Virus record (IMG/VR): IMGVR_UViG_3300035670_000195
Coordinates: 704 to 64,703 of that record
Length of the DNA: 64,000 bases
Origin: a virus
Lineage: Duplodnaviria > Caudoviricetes
Direction: 5' to 3' (one strand)
Positions 36,701 through 46,224 of the stretch are shown piece by piece. The notes beneath the pieces were generated by a model. It was given only the letters and a program-made list of their open reading frames with translations, was not told the origin of the DNA and searched no databases. A program made the translations under genes and the position numbers. How positions within the stretch are numbered: the stretch's first letter is position 1; every line of letters begins with the position of its first letter.

Positions 36701-37783
36701 ACCTTTCTCTCTTTGCTCAAGTTCCTTGGCAAAGGCTTCACTCATACCAGCCTTTGTCTTCTCTGCTAGTTCAACTAAGCCACCGATCTTTGGAAATGCT
36801 TTCTCGTATCTTGCTTTATCAAAGGGACTCATTGTCTTCCATGCTTCGGCAAACGATACTGATACTGGAACTACATCTACAGAGCCGACAAAATCTTTGG
36901 GCTGTTGTGTAGAGAACTGAGTAAATCCATCTGCAACCAACAGTTCACGAAGTTGTTCTTCTATGATTGAGTCTACTTCTTCTGGTGTTTGTGCCTTCTG
37001 AATATTCAACTCAACCTGTGCAAGACCAAATCCAAGAGCCTGCTGTCTATCCTCATACTGCATAAGACCAGCTTGAATCTCATCTTGAACGGCAGCTGTC
37101 TTGGTAATTAAACCAAATCGTCTATTAAAGACTCTCTGTCCTCGCTGCGATAGTTTTAATGACTCTCGTTGTAATGCTTTAAAGGCTTGATCTCTTTCGG
37201 TTTCTAGTGCCTTTACTGCAGCGGCATCATTAATCTTTTGTGCTGCACCAATTCTTGCATCATAAGATCTTGAAGTAAATTCAAGCTCATCAGCTAAGTC
37301 CTGTTCGTTATTTTCTCTAGCATACTTAGCATCTTCAATTGCTTGAGTCATACCGAAATCGGTATTAGTTGCTCTAGCTCTGAAGAAAAGATCTCTTTTA
37401 AATCGACTTTCTGGAATGTTTTCATCCGATGTAAAATCAGGTGTTTCGAGTAGTTGATTTACTTTAGCTTGGTATGCTGTAATTAAAGTAGGAACCTCAG
37501 CTTCCCGACCCTCCGCATACTTTAGCTTAATGGCATAGTCAGTATCTCGACTATACTCATCAAGCATATTTCGTAGCTTGTCTTGTTCGTTCTGAATCTT
37601 TTCTTCTTTGTAGCCAGAATAGATATCTCCAGCTACCTGTAGCGCTGTCTGTCCAATCTGTGTCCAGTCAACACCAGGATCATAGCCAATAGATACCTGA
37701 GGAAGAATTGTTCTTCCCTCCTGATAGACATCTACCTGAGGAGCTATCGCAAACTGCGGAGCTTCAAATGGCATTCTACTCAT
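33674..37783 (-). CDS. internal virion protein (gp15 position)
   Basis: 1369 aa, largely helical, position in the virion block. Confidence 0.7.
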   Translation of the reverse strand: MSRMPFEAPQFAIAPQVDVYQEGRTILPQVSIGYDPGVDWTQIGQTALQVAGDIYSGYKEEKIQNEQDKLRNMLDEYSRDTDYAIKLKYAEGREAEVPTLITAYQAKVNQLLETPDFTSDENIPESRFKRDLFFRARATNTDFGMTQAIEDAKYARENNEQDLADELEFTSRSYDARIGAAQKINDAAAVKALETERDQAFKALQRESLKLSQRGQRVFNRRFGLITKTAAVQDEIQAGLMQYEDRQQALGFGLAQVELNIQKAQTPEEVDSIIEEQLRELLVADGFTQFSTQQPKDFVGSVDVVPVSVSFAEAWKTMSPFDKARYEKAFPKIGGLVELAEKTKAGMSEAFAKELEQREKGQLDQFVNLSAIVAADVDAAVKELKLASERTEFNMEDDPRDIAKFNEAMQKGTSLLFQIAEKYGLEIPIKEDGTLDLTTLQMQLTGFIPKEQFDNINRVFTSLEELQFAARGTAVDNYKANLKQRNEALTRRTDEILAQQDTKLKQIQQSDLPENQKNDLLKQVLNQTGRMLQSLYSPKVQQRELYGAYSAFLVSRGLSPADISEDDYTASVSGFDLLTATVDETAYNTGMVGVVSRGRINFEELRRKYVPSGGGDGESRIKKAQENSLVAQAMVTGDLRPGTPTLTSDRIADATRQELNKLSPLFKNGEPVGFLAWHDSIPEENRSNIPFTLVMEHFGVEIQSLGRLDSSSQQNADKLAKLESILRSLSPPTQDALVGRNIDIPYNTTLVSALANSFDAETFSPVAVYPTLGYPQRTRDSIITALKKDDRYNISPAFRRNVDNYVALHEGIESGGSISFDSLAKLQAQYAKHADTLEMILEPSFVTSVLFRFREKAGGSESRKEYMDKYTAERLRAVTRTLPEMVDRFARVNEIPGLEMFNASEMEANYYMDPATEMIFEKAVQTAFLELADQDTPLFALDSNAKERWGNRVRQELSQYDFVNIPGENGKTKIVAQTKVWENVEPDSELIKDFSQNSSYPTDNKVVLRDMFLQASMVSDRSDIGTNFTKRGYGFNAAVPAADLTPVGAVLSQISGSEAATKVNRTDLVNSIVSVLGEDSDNLSIAALSFVVSTGQAVTRDNYNRTKRDIQAGKLGEIIQTGSNSLEFRAVDSTGKTRVKLGITPLSVVGVKPSPTWENGLAQEEVVKMVADGVNEAGSSAAEYLMRRVVTERGPTTINLNDGTQMKYSVEQTEDGHSVLVATKLQKNRKVLLGSPYTETEEVSRRVINSEAIEAAPELAGELSFGRYDTKNLEILKSRPTLNATNELVKVESLGRAGERKTFIQYNRNQDNSISRTVIEDTVTMGKTVRRVLSTDLISEPVPVEVDVVASPQETTSNAMVPTSNAISY

Positions 37784-38754
37784 TGCATACCTCCATACAT
37801 TGACCGTGACTCTGCGGTTAGTCTTGCGATATCCTGATAGTCATAGTCGTTATTTTCAATTAAACCCTGCATTCCAAGGTCTACATCATTCTGTCCAATA
37901 AGAGAGAAGGCATCTCCCCACTGATCCATTGGCATACCCTTCTTAAGCATCTGCAATGCAGCGCCGCTAGCGGCTCTATTGCCAACATCAGTCATATCTC
38001 GAATAGAAGTTAAAGCACCTTCGATTAGGGGAGTTGCGATTTCTGGAACAACATTTGTAAGGATGTCCATTTCAGATGGATCGACTGTTCCCATCTCCAC
38101 AATCTCACTTGGGTCTTCCAACATGAAGGCTGGTTTAACGGTTCCATCGGGTGAAGCCACGGCAAATCTGCCATTAACAATCCTTGCTACTTCGACTGAG
38201 CCTAGCAGTTCAAGCTTCAATAGATCATTGACATGCACCTCGGTTGGTACATCTGGATCTAGTTCCTGTAGTGGCAGCTTTGTTAGGTTCTTTTCAAAAA
38301 CCGAAGCGTAGATCTTTCTAGCTTTAACTAGATTCTGATTGCTTACCAAGGCACCAACCTGATTTAACTCTGGAATCTTTTCTTGTACAAGCCAGCTTGG
38401 ACTCTTTGTAAGCTGTTCTCGTAGAATAGATTCCCGCTTAGTGGGATTTCCGCCTACCTTGGTCTGTTCTCGTAGATAGTTTCTTGCCTCTTCTCTTCCG
38501 TTTGGATGATTCTCTTCGGCAAAAGACCACACATCATCTGCGTTGGACGAATCAATGTTGTTTTTCATATCTTCGTACCACCGTGTCCATGCCGTGATCG
38601 GATCGGTATATGATCCCTTGTATCCCTTGTAGGAAGACTTTGCCTTATCTGCCTTTTTTCTTGAGGCATTGTTTACATACTTCTTAACTTCCTCTTTAGC
38701 TTTACCTTTTCCTGTCGCAAGTTGAAACAGTTTATTTAGTTTTTCTTGGTTCAT
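37780..38754 (-). CDS. putative internal virion protein
   Basis: 324 aa between gp14-like and gp15-like genes. Confidence 0.6.
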   Translation of the reverse strand: MNQEKLNKLFQLATGKGKAKEEVKKYVNNASRKKADKAKSSYKGYKGSYTDPITAWTRWYEDMKNNIDSSNADDVWSFAEENHPNGREEARNYLREQTKVGGNPTKRESILREQLTKSPSWLVQEKIPELNQVGALVSNQNLVKARKIYASVFEKNLTKLPLQELDPDVPTEVHVNDLLKLELLGSVEVARIVNGRFAVASPDGTVKPAFMLEDPSEIVEMGTVDPSEMDILTNVVPEIATPLIEGALTSIRDMTDVGNRAASGAALQMLKKGMPMDQWGDAFSLIGQNDVDLGMQGLIENNDYDYQDIARLTAESRSMYGGMQ

Positions 38755-38763
38755 GGAATATCT

Positions 38764-39402
38764 TTACTTACCAGCGCGAACATCGGCACGATATGCGCCG
38801 TATCCAGCACTTACTGCGGATAGACCAGCCTGCATTAGACCAGTCATTAAAGCACCAGAAGAGGTATCTACAATACCCCCAGTTGTTGGAAGATAAACTT
38901 CCTGTTGTGCGCCACCAAGTCTACGCTGTGACAAGATCTGTTGTTCCTGTTGGGATAGACTTTCCTTGGCTGACGCATAACTAACGGCTGCAGCATATGA
39001 ATCAGACCGTGCCTGCTCCGCTGCTTGCCGTAGGATTGCCTTTGCCGACGCACTGTTGGAACTGATTCCTCTAGCAGAGACTGCTGAAAGAAATTCATCC
39101 GTTGTTTGTTTTGTCTGTCTTGAATATAGTGAAGCGGTATTCTGGTAATTCTTTCTAAGGAATACGCTTTGAGACGCATACTGTTGATTAGCAGCTTTTT
39201 CAAGCTGCATGTTTACTTGCTGCTGGGCTTGCCACTGTCTCAGAATGTTTCTATTTTGAGCCTCATTCTGCCACTTGTTTTGAAAGTTCTGCTGTTCTTG
39301 CTGAAGCTGCTGAGCTGCTGCTTGAGCTTTAGCTGCACTTGCAGAACCAAATGCCCCCAATACACCAGAGGCTAGCGCAAGGCCACCCATAACTGCTGGC
39401 AT
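38764..39402 (-). CDS. internal virion protein B (gp14-like)
   Basis: Gly/Ala-rich hydrophobic termini, Gln-rich helix, RGISSNS motif. Confidence 0.75.
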   Translation of the reverse strand: MPAVMGGLALASGVLGAFGSASAAKAQAAAQQLQQEQQNFQNKWQNEAQNRNILRQWQAQQQVNMQLEKAANQQYASQSVFLRKNYQNTASLYSRQTKQTTDEFLSAVSARGISSNSASAKAILRQAAEQARSDSYAAAVSYASAKESLSQQEQQILSQRRLGGAQQEVYLPTTGGIVDTSSGALMTGLMQAGLSAVSAGYGAYRADVRAGK

Positions 39403-39404
39403 AG

Positions 39405-41072
39405 TTATCTCCTGTAATGACGATCTAGAATAGACCGTGCTGTTTTATTCTTTTGTACTCCAGCTAAAGCACCAGACATTCGGTCTGGCAACAGCGTAAA
39501 GATACGCTCGTTGCTTAGCCAGTTCTTAACGGTTTCTCTGTGTTCTTTTTCCTTATTGCGTTCAATAAGTACATCTGGATTAATAATCATTTCATCAGCC
39601 CAGTTCTTTACAGCACTTGCAAGAATATCTACGCGGTCATCGTGCTTTAAAGCGCCGCGCTTATCCTGCATTCTAGTAAGCTGTATCTGGGTTTCCTTAT
39701 TATTTATTGCCGAGGTATCGAAGATAAGTCGATGCTGCGACATGACGGGTTCCAGAGTATCTAGAATTCGACGCTCCTTATTTCCCGATACCTTGAATTC
39801 CTCAATGGCAATTCGTCCAGCAACTCTGGCAACGACTGGCCGCAGCAGTGATGAGAACATACCATCACCATAGTTAGACTCGACTCTGATTATGTTTGCG
39901 TTGTATTGCATTGCAAGTCTTGCGATCTTTACTAAGGTCGATTCATCATAACCGCCGTCGATACCAGTCAGAGCATGGATTACGATATAGCCGTTGACAA
40001 AAGATGCAACACATACTGCCGTTTCATCTGCGCCTCTACCAGAGGGATCAACAAACAAAACGGTTTCGTTGTATTGCTTCATCGTTTCCGACTTCCACAT
40101 AGGACCATAGATCAGATCTCCGTTGATGCCATAGGATGGAATCTTTAATGGCTGACCTCTTCCCCATACAATCTTCTCTGGAAAGATCTCTGGGCTGCAA
40201 TCCATGACAATAAGATCCTCGAGCCGCAGTGGAAACTTAGCGAAGTCACTAAGAGTTGGATCTAACTTATAGTGTAAGTTAAACTGTCGCGGTCCAATCT
40301 TTGCCAGTCTTTCATCTAGAATGTGTTGGGGGAATCTAGTTGGATCTACGCTGTGACCAACCTCTGCCTCCAGTTCTAGAATATAGGGATGTACATTTGT
40401 AATCTCCGATTCAATTGATGGATCTGGCATTACTGCTGGAAACTTTACAATCGGATACGGAAGTCTAAGGTAGATAGAGTCTGTTGATTGGAAGGTTCCA
40501 AGCAACACAATACGACCCCAAGATACGGGGTTGCGAATCTGTTCCAGCTCAGCCAACTTATCAATAAGCTTGTTTCTAGCTGCTGGAGTGTCTGCGTTCT
40601 TTTCGATTTCAATATCATCTCCAAGAACATAATCAGCGTGGCTACCTGTAATCTGACCAGTAATGCCCTTGGCATAGCATGACATGTCCTGACCAATCTT
40701 ACTTCGTGTACCAACGTTGAAGCCAAAGGCATTATCCTTATCGAATTCCTTTGGCAGTAGATGTGCCATGTAAGGCACTAAGGTAAGGATCTGTCTTACC
40801 TGTGCAATGAACTTAATGGCTCTATCCTGCGTTGCAGACAGAACCATGATGGTCGTGTCTGGGTTGTTTAACAGCAGCCAACTGGCATATGAAGCTACGA
40901 TGGTAGACTTACCAGCGCCTCTGCCTGCCTGTAGCTGCATGTCTTTCTGTCCATTCTGAACCTCTTCCGCAATGGCGTATTGCAGTGGAGTCGGTTCTCC
41001 AAGACCTAGGTACTTCATGGTGAAGTACAGGTGGTTTCTGAAATCCTGATAGATTTCCTGTGGTACTTCCAT
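39405..41072 (-). CDS. terL: terminase large subunit
   Basis: QAGRGAGKST, GQITGSHAD, DDIE, VDPSGRGADE, HDDRVD (T7 gp19-like). Confidence 0.96.
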   Translation of the reverse strand: MEVPQEIYQDFRNHLYFTMKYLGLGEPTPLQYAIAEEVQNGQKDMQLQAGRGAGKSTIVASYASWLLLNNPDTTIMVLSATQDRAIKFIAQVRQILTLVPYMAHLLPKEFDKDNAFGFNVGTRSKIGQDMSCYAKGITGQITGSHADYVLGDDIEIEKNADTPAARNKLIDKLAELEQIRNPVSWGRIVLLGTFQSTDSIYLRLPYPIVKFPAVMPDPSIESEITNVHPYILELEAEVGHSVDPTRFPQHILDERLAKIGPRQFNLHYKLDPTLSDFAKFPLRLEDLIVMDCSPEIFPEKIVWGRGQPLKIPSYGINGDLIYGPMWKSETMKQYNETVLFVDPSGRGADETAVCVASFVNGYIVIHALTGIDGGYDESTLVKIARLAMQYNANIIRVESNYGDGMFSSLLRPVVARVAGRIAIEEFKVSGNKERRILDTLEPVMSQHRLIFDTSAINNKETQIQLTRMQDKRGALKHDDRVDILASAVKNWADEMIINPDVLIERNKEKEHRETVKNWLSNERIFTLLPDRMSGALAGVQKNKTARSILDRHYRR

Positions 41073-41087
41073 TGGTACCTCCTTTCA

Positions 41088-41249
41088 ATACCTCCCACAG
41101 CCGCTAAACTGTGGAAGGCGTAGCGAAATCCACGCATGGCCCAGTGGATTAGGGCGGCCATAAAACCTACCCCACTTAAGGGATAGGCGGCCAATAGCGT
41201 ACCCCGACCACCCCATTACAGGGTGCCTATGTTGTCGAGGGTTCGCGGT
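41088..41249 (-). ncRNA. candidate structured RNA (four hairpins) between terS and terL
   Basis: Four adjacent stems whose mismatches are G-U pairs on the transcribed strand. Confidence 0.6.
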
Positions 41250-41450
41250 TTAACTTGCCTTGAACTTGAAGGGTACAAGCTTTTCTAGAGTTTCAGCACC
41301 AACAGAAGGAAGCTGTGACTGCTGCTCCTTGTTGTCTGCGATGACTCTGGATGCTGCTTGATACAAACCAGGAGATCGTCTCTCTGGATCCATCAAATCT
41401 TCGATAAGGCAGTCGATCAACAAATCCTTAAGGGTGTCGATTCTAGACAT
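41250..41450 (-). CDS. terS: terminase small subunit (gp18-like)
   Basis: ERRSPGLYQAASRVI resembles T7 gp18; directly upstream of terL. Confidence 0.7.
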   Translation of the reverse strand: MSRIDTLKDLLIDCLIEDLMDPERRSPGLYQAASRVIADNKEQQSQLPSVGAETLEKLVPFKFKAS

Positions 41451-41788
41451 TACTTGCCTTTCTTCTTGGTGTTCTGATATCTCTCCAACAGGCGGCGACC
41501 CTTGGCGACGGCTGATGCCTTATCGCCCATGTGGTTCCAAGCCTCGAGGCTCTTCTTCAGACGGGTTGGTCTACCCTTCTCGTCCTTGAGTGGACCCTTG
41601 GCTGAACCCATGCGTACAAGGAATGAACCCTGTCTACGCATCTCCTCTGGAGTCTTGGGCGCTCTGCCAACTGGTGCCTGTAGTTTGGAACCAGTAGCCC
41701 TGTTGTACTTGTCACGACCAGCTTGGGTAAGACCTCCCTTGGGATTCTTATCCTTCTTAGTCATGCTTACCGATGGCTTCTTCTTCAT
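41450..41788 (-). CDS. small basic phage protein (DUF6321-like)
   Basis: KNPKGGLTQAGR...GRPTRLKKSLEAW. Confidence 0.7.
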   Translation of the reverse strand: MKKKPSVSMTKKDKNPKGGLTQAGRDKYNRATGSKLQAPVGRAPKTPEEMRRQGSFLVRMGSAKGPLKDEKGRPTRLKKSLEAWNHMGDKASAVAKGRRLLERYQNTKKKGK

Positions 41789-42174
41789 CTGTACTTCCTT
41801 GTCTTTTTGGCAATTGCTTTTGGTTGGGCTACAAACTGCTTTCCAGCCTTTGTTCCCTGACGTTTGGCGGCTGAAGTAGCCGCATACTCTGAAGATGATA
41901 GAGCCTTGATAGCCTTGGCTGGGAGATATCTCTCTCCAGTTTCCTTTGATGGCTTTCCAGACTTGGTTCTCCAGTCCTGCTTTGTCCACTTAGTAAGGCT
42001 ATTGGATGAAGACTTAGCACCACGATAACCACCACCAGACTCCTTGTATAGCTTGGTGGCAATCTGAGCCTTTCTAGCAGACCACTCACCAGCGTCTCCA
42101 CCCTTGGAGCCAGCCTTTACGGAAGACACGATCTTCTTCCATTTGGCTTCGTTAGTCCGCTTGGCAGAACTCAT
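41785..42174 (-). CDS. small basic phage protein (DUF5872-like)
   Basis: GEWSARKAQ, KWTKQDWRTKSG, ERYLP. Confidence 0.75.
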   Translation of the reverse strand: MSSAKRTNEAKWKKIVSSVKAGSKGGDAGEWSARKAQIATKLYKESGGGYRGAKSSSNSLTKWTKQDWRTKSGKPSKETGERYLPAKAIKALSSSEYAATSAAKRQGTKAGKQFVAQPKAIAKKTRKYR

Positions 42175-42332
42175 TACTTCATCTTCTTCTTGACTGCCAT
42201 AGCCTTCTTGCCGACAGTAGCCTTGGCTCCCTTGCCGACCTTCATTGCCTTACCAGTCTTCTTTGCTTCCATCTTTGCCATTGCCATCCCCTTTGCTGAA
42301 TATGGATATTCCTTCTTACCGACCTTTGGCAT
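42174..42332 (-). CDS. small Lys-rich protein (not in ORF track)
   Basis: MPKVGKKEYPYSAKG... 52 aa; TGATG and TAATG coupling. Confidence 0.75.
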   Translation of the reverse strand: MPKVGKKEYPYSAKGMAMAKMEAKKTGKAMKVGKGAKATVGKKAMAVKKKMK

Positions 42333-42466
42333 CAGTTGCCACCCTTCTTAAATAGATTTGAAATCTTGCTGATTGGGTAAACATGACCCACGACATACCC
42401 AACAAGGGCAGTCATACCAGCAAACCATAGTGAACCGAGAAAACTTTCAATAGATGCAATAAGCAT
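42332..42466 (-). CDS. small membrane protein (not in ORF track)
   Basis: MLIASIESFLGSLWFAGMTALVGYVVGH... 44 aa; SD AAGGA. Confidence 0.65.
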   Translation of the reverse strand: MLIASIESFLGSLWFAGMTALVGYVVGHVYPISKISNLFKKGGN

Positions 42467-42498
42467 TGTTTTATTTCCTTAAAAAATATTTAGTAAAA

Positions 42499-42732
42499 TT
42501 AACCACCCAATATTTCGTCTGCCCGTTCACGGGTTAACAGTCCGTTTAATACTAGATAGTCCATTCCAGCAATTGTAACTGGATCAGTGTTTATAATTTC
42601 TTGAGCCGCTCCAGCTAGTTGTGCAAAGTCTGCGACAATTACGTCGGTCTGTGCGGCTGCGCGAAACGCCGCTCGCTCAGTAGGCGTGAACCTCTGAAGG
42701 AACTCGAATGATGTGTATGCGATTTCAATCAT
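42499..42732 (-). CDS. tail-fibre-associated small protein
   Basis: [10 protein letters not shown]...[12 protein letters not shown]; follows fibre gene. Confidence 0.65.
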   Translation of the reverse strand: MIEIAYTSFEFLQRFTPTERAAFRAAAQTDVIVADFAQLAGAAQEIINTDPVTIAGMDYLVLNGLLTRERADEILGG

Positions 42733-44471
42733 GGCGGATCTCCTGGCCCTTCCTCTTCACCACCGCCACCGCCACCGCCTGCGTTGGGATTGGTGACGGT
42801 TGCCTCGGTTCCAAAGTAAACCAACGGAAGCGGCTGGGTCCACTCGCCAACCGTTCCCGTCCATGTTGTCGGAATGTTAGAAGCTCCGACCACAAAGAGG
42901 GAATCGAACTGGAATCCTATGGTCGGCGCGGTCGTTGAGTTACTGACGCACAAGAACGCCATTGAAGAACTTGGAGATGCGCGCAAAGTGAATGACGAGT
43001 TTGCTTGCACACCTATCCAGTACTGCGTCCCTGCGGTGAAGGTATATGAGAAACCTGTATCTTCTTTGAATCCTGTTGTCGAGAAAGTAAGCGTTGCTGA
43101 GGAATACAGCGGATTTCCAGTAGGTCTTCCATCGCTTGCCGATGCGTAGATCGCAAATCGGATCGAACGACTCGCAGTAATAGAAGTGGCGACGATCCCG
43201 ATTCGAGTGGCAACGAGATCCCGTTTCGGAACGAAGGGAATTAGATAGTTCCTATTGCCTGAAAGCGTGAGCGTCGAAATACTTGATCCAAACAACTGCG
43301 TCGTTGTGTATGTAAGGTAGACTGGATCAATGTTCGGAATGGACGAAATAAATTGACCCCCTCCACCGCCTCCACCAGCAGGCGTTTCCCACGCTCCATC
43401 GCCGCGAAGGTAGGTAGAGGAACTAGGCGTACCAGTTGCGCTGATCTTTGCAACAGTTACAGCATTATTGTCGATGGTCCAAGTGGCACCACTATTACTG
43501 ACTGTGATGTCACCCTTATCTCCATCTGATATGCCAGCACCAGGTTCTCCTTGCGGACCCTGTGGTCCTACTGGACCTGTTGCACCAGTTTCTCCTTGGA
43601 TACCCTGTGGACCTTGTGGGCCAGTTGGTCCTGTTGGTCCAGTGTCACCAGTATCTCCCTTAAGTCCCTGTGGACCTTGAGGACCAGTTGGTCCTGCTGG
43701 ACCTGTCTCTCCTTGGATACCCTGTGGTCCTTGTGGACCCGTGGCACCAGTTAAGCCAGTCTCTCCTTGGATACCTTGTGGACCTTGGGGGCCTGTAGCA
43801 CCTGTTAAGCCTGTTTCTCCCTGAATACCCTGTGGTCCTTGTGGACCCGTGGCACCAGTTAAGCCTGTTTCCCCTTGGATACCCTGTGGTCCTTGGGGGC
43901 CAGTGTCACCAGTGTCTCCCTTAAGTCCTTGCGGACCCTGTGGACCAGTCTCTCCTTGGATACCCTGTGGTCCCTGAGGACCAGTAGCACCAGTTAAGCC
44001 TGTCTCTCCTTGGATGCCCTGTGGTCCCTGAGGACCAGTTGGTCCCGTGTCACCAGTATCACCTTTAAGTCCCTGTGGTCCTATGTCTCCCGTGTCTCCC
44101 TTAGGACCAACTGGACCCACATTACCCGTGTCTCCCTTGACACCCTGTGGACCCTGTAATCCAATGGGTCCAATCTCTCCAGTATCTCCCTTTGCTCCGC
44201 TTAATCCTTGCGGACCTTGAGGACCAGCTGGACCCTGTGGTCCCGTATCTCCCTTAAGACCAGTTGGGCCTTGAATACCCTGTGGACCAGTCTCTCCTTG
44301 CGGACCAGCGGGACCAGTTGCATAATCTAAAGTAGACCATGCACTAGACCCGTTTCCAATCTTAAATTTTTCAGTATCAGTTTCAATTCCAAGTTCGCCA
44401 ACAGCGAGGATTGGATTGGCTGATGTCCACTGCGCCGCTGTTCCACGGCGAAGTTGAATAACTACTGCCAT
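42729..44471 (-). CDS. collagen-like tail fibre with Mtd-like N-terminal domain
   Basis: [29 protein letters not shown] followed by a long Gly-X-Y tract. Confidence 0.88.
   Translation of the reverse strand: MAVVIQLRRGTAAQWTSANPILAVGELGIETDTEKFKIGNGSSAWSTLDYATGPAGPQGETGPQGIQGPTGLKGDTGPQGPAGPQGPQGLSGAKGDTGEIGPIGLQGPQGVKGDTGNVGPVGPKGDTGDIGPQGLKGDTGDTGPTGPQGPQGIQGETGLTGATGPQGPQGIQGETGPQGPQGLKGDTGDTGPQGPQGIQGETGLTGATGPQGPQGIQGETGLTGATGPQGPQGIQGETGLTGATGPQGPQGIQGETGPAGPTGPQGPQGLKGDTGDTGPTGPTGPQGPQGIQGETGATGPVGPQGPQGEPGAGISDGDKGDITVSNSGATWTIDNNAVTVAKISATGTPSSSTYLRGDGAWETPAGGGGGGGQFISSIPNIDPVYLTYTTTQLFGSSISTLTLSGNRNYLIPFVPKRDLVATRIGIVATSITASRSIRFAIYASASDGRPTGNPLYSSATLTFSTTGFKEDTGFSYTFTAGTQYWIGVQANSSFTLRASPSSSMAFLCVSNSTTAPTIGFQFDSLFVVGASNIPTTWTGTVGEWTQPLPLVYFGTEATVTNPNAGGGGGGGEEEGPGDPP
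43540..44318 (-). repeat. collagen Gly-X-Y repeat
   Basis: Repeated [18 protein letters not shown] units. Confidence 0.95.
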
Positions 44472-45460
44472 TAAACTCCTCCTGCATCAAATGGGGCAAT
44501 ACCACCATAGTTTGTATCTGGTTCGCCACCATCAATATTGCCAGCGGCAAGTAACGATCCTCCACTAGGCTGCGCTGCTTCCCACCGTTGATTTGTTGTA
44601 TTGTAGGTTAATACATCTCCGTTTACTGGCGATGGAATATAAACGTCTGACAACTCTTCTAGTTCATTGTAGTTGTGAATCTTAACAAAGATACTTCCAG
44701 CTCCACCACCAGCTGATTTAACAACCCAACCTACGAATGTACCGTGATTGGGGGCGATTGGCAAAGATGTTTGCCAGCCTCCAGCAACCGTGCTACTTAA
44801 ATAGATTGGTTGACCAGCCGTATAATCATTGGTGTTTAACCCCTGAAGTAGTCCGTAAATTTGGATATAGCCATCGGCTCCATGCAAAAGTTCTTCACAT
44901 GCTATTCCAACGGTAGGAGCGGAAGTTGCTTCTGAAGTTGCAATAGCTTTAGTTACTTGTAAAGTATCCGTTCCTTGAGAACCAGATACATACACAATAT
45001 CACCTTTGCTAATAGTTACGCCAGACGCATTATGAACCCTTTGATAAAGTCCAGTACCTAGGTGAAACTCAACGCCATTGGTTGTTTTTAAAACAGCCGT
45101 ATGATAGTCTGTATCCCAGGATATTTCACCAGGGTCTAGAGTTGGATCTGTTACCGTTGTATCTAGTGTAAGCGAACCAGTGTTTACGCCAGTAACGGTA
45201 ATGTTATCGGTAAGACCAACAATGTAAGCAGAACCCGTAGATGTAACTTCAATTTCATTTACTGTTCCATTAACGGTAACGCCACCAGCACCAGCTGGAG
45301 CAGGAATCCAAGAAAGATCTGCATCATTCCATGTAAGTACCTGACCGTTTGTTGCCGTTCCTTGTCTAAGCGAAGATACATCGTGTGTATGTCTTTTTAA
45401 AGCCGACTCTAAATCTGCTATTCGCCTATTTGCAGGATCATTGCTGTTGTATCTTGTCAT
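44471..45460 (-). CDS. virion fibre/structural protein
   Basis: NGQVLTWN and NGDVLTYN repeats; GQPIYLS domain. Confidence 0.7.
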   Translation of the reverse strand: MTRYNSNDPANRRIADLESALKRHTHDVSSLRQGTATNGQVLTWNDADLSWIPAPAGAGGVTVNGTVNEIEVTSTGSAYIVGLTDNITVTGVNTGSLTLDTTVTDPTLDPGEISWDTDYHTAVLKTTNGVEFHLGTGLYQRVHNASGVTISKGDIVYVSGSQGTDTLQVTKAIATSEATSAPTVGIACEELLHGADGYIQIYGLLQGLNTNDYTAGQPIYLSSTVAGGWQTSLPIAPNHGTFVGWVVKSAGGGAGSIFVKIHNYNELEELSDVYIPSPVNGDVLTYNTTNQRWEAAQPSGGSLLAAGNIDGGEPDTNYGGIAPFDAGGV

Positions 45461-45986
45461 GTTTAATCTCTTTATAGGCTGCGTTTAGCTCTGGATCCTT
45501 GGCTCGCAAGTATGCTATTACTTCACGCAGTTCAGTTGGTGATTGCTTGTCTAAAGCTTCCGTCAACAACTTTGCCTGTTCTTTTTTGGCTTCAGGAATA
45601 AAACCAAAGATGCGTTTGGTAAGCGTACCAACGCCAAGATACCACAAACCAATAAAGATGACACAGGCTAGAACTGTCCACAGTCCCAACTCTAATGTCG
45701 ATACCCATTGGGGTACCGAATCTACTACCTCTGAGGTCTGTAGGATCGTGTCTTTGGTTTTCTCAATGATCTGGGTCTGTTGCGAAATCCCTTGATTGGA
45801 TCTTTCAACAATTTCGGAGACTCTTGCTGGGTGGGCTTTGGCTGCTTCGATGATTCCTTCATAGTTTTCTTTGGATGCTTGAGCTAGTGCGTGAATGTCA
45901 TTTGAGTTCTTTTGAATTCTTTGAACCTTATTACAACTGCATAAACCTAGTATCATCATCATCAGTAATATCAACTTTAGGAACAC
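45438..45986 (-). CDS. lipoprotein with C-proximal TM helix (spanin candidate)
   Basis: Lipobox-like LGLCSC, helical middle, TM LWTVLACVIFIGLWYLGV. Confidence 0.6.
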   Translation of the reverse strand: MFLKLILLMMMILGLCSCNKVQRIQKNSNDIHALAQASKENYEGIIEAAKAHPARVSEIVERSNQGISQQTQIIEKTKDTILQTSEVVDSVPQWVSTLELGLWTVLACVIFIGLWYLGVGTLTKRIFGFIPEAKKEQAKLLTEALDKQSPTELREVIAYLRAKDPELNAAYKEIKHDKIQQQ

Positions 45987-46224
45987 CGTAACCTCCTTTC
46001 ACCAAGAATAAAGATAAGGCTTGAAGATAGTTTCTAATATCGTGAACATGCTTTTCAAGCTTTAGGATTCTTTGATCAAGTGTTTTGTTTTCAATTTGAC
46101 CAAGTTGAGCAAGAGCTTTTATTTCTACTTCTAATCTTGATATCCGAGAAACAACATATACGGCAGCGCCTAACGATGGAATTAGAACAGCTGATACAAT
46201 AAGAAGCAGCTGCTCAAGTGTCAT
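45931..46224 (-). CDS. holin-like membrane protein
   Basis: N-terminal TM plus coiled coil; adjacent to the lipoprotein. Confidence 0.5.
   Translation of the reverse strand: MTLEQLLLIVSAVLIPSLGAAVYVVSRISRLEVEIKALAQLGQIENKTLDQRILKLEKHVHDIRNYLQALSLFLVKGGYGVPKVDITDDDDTRFMQL

Noticed and set aside
42729-44471. Diversity-generating retroelement suggested by the Mtd-like N-terminus
   Set aside because: No reverse transcriptase or template/variable repeat pair seen
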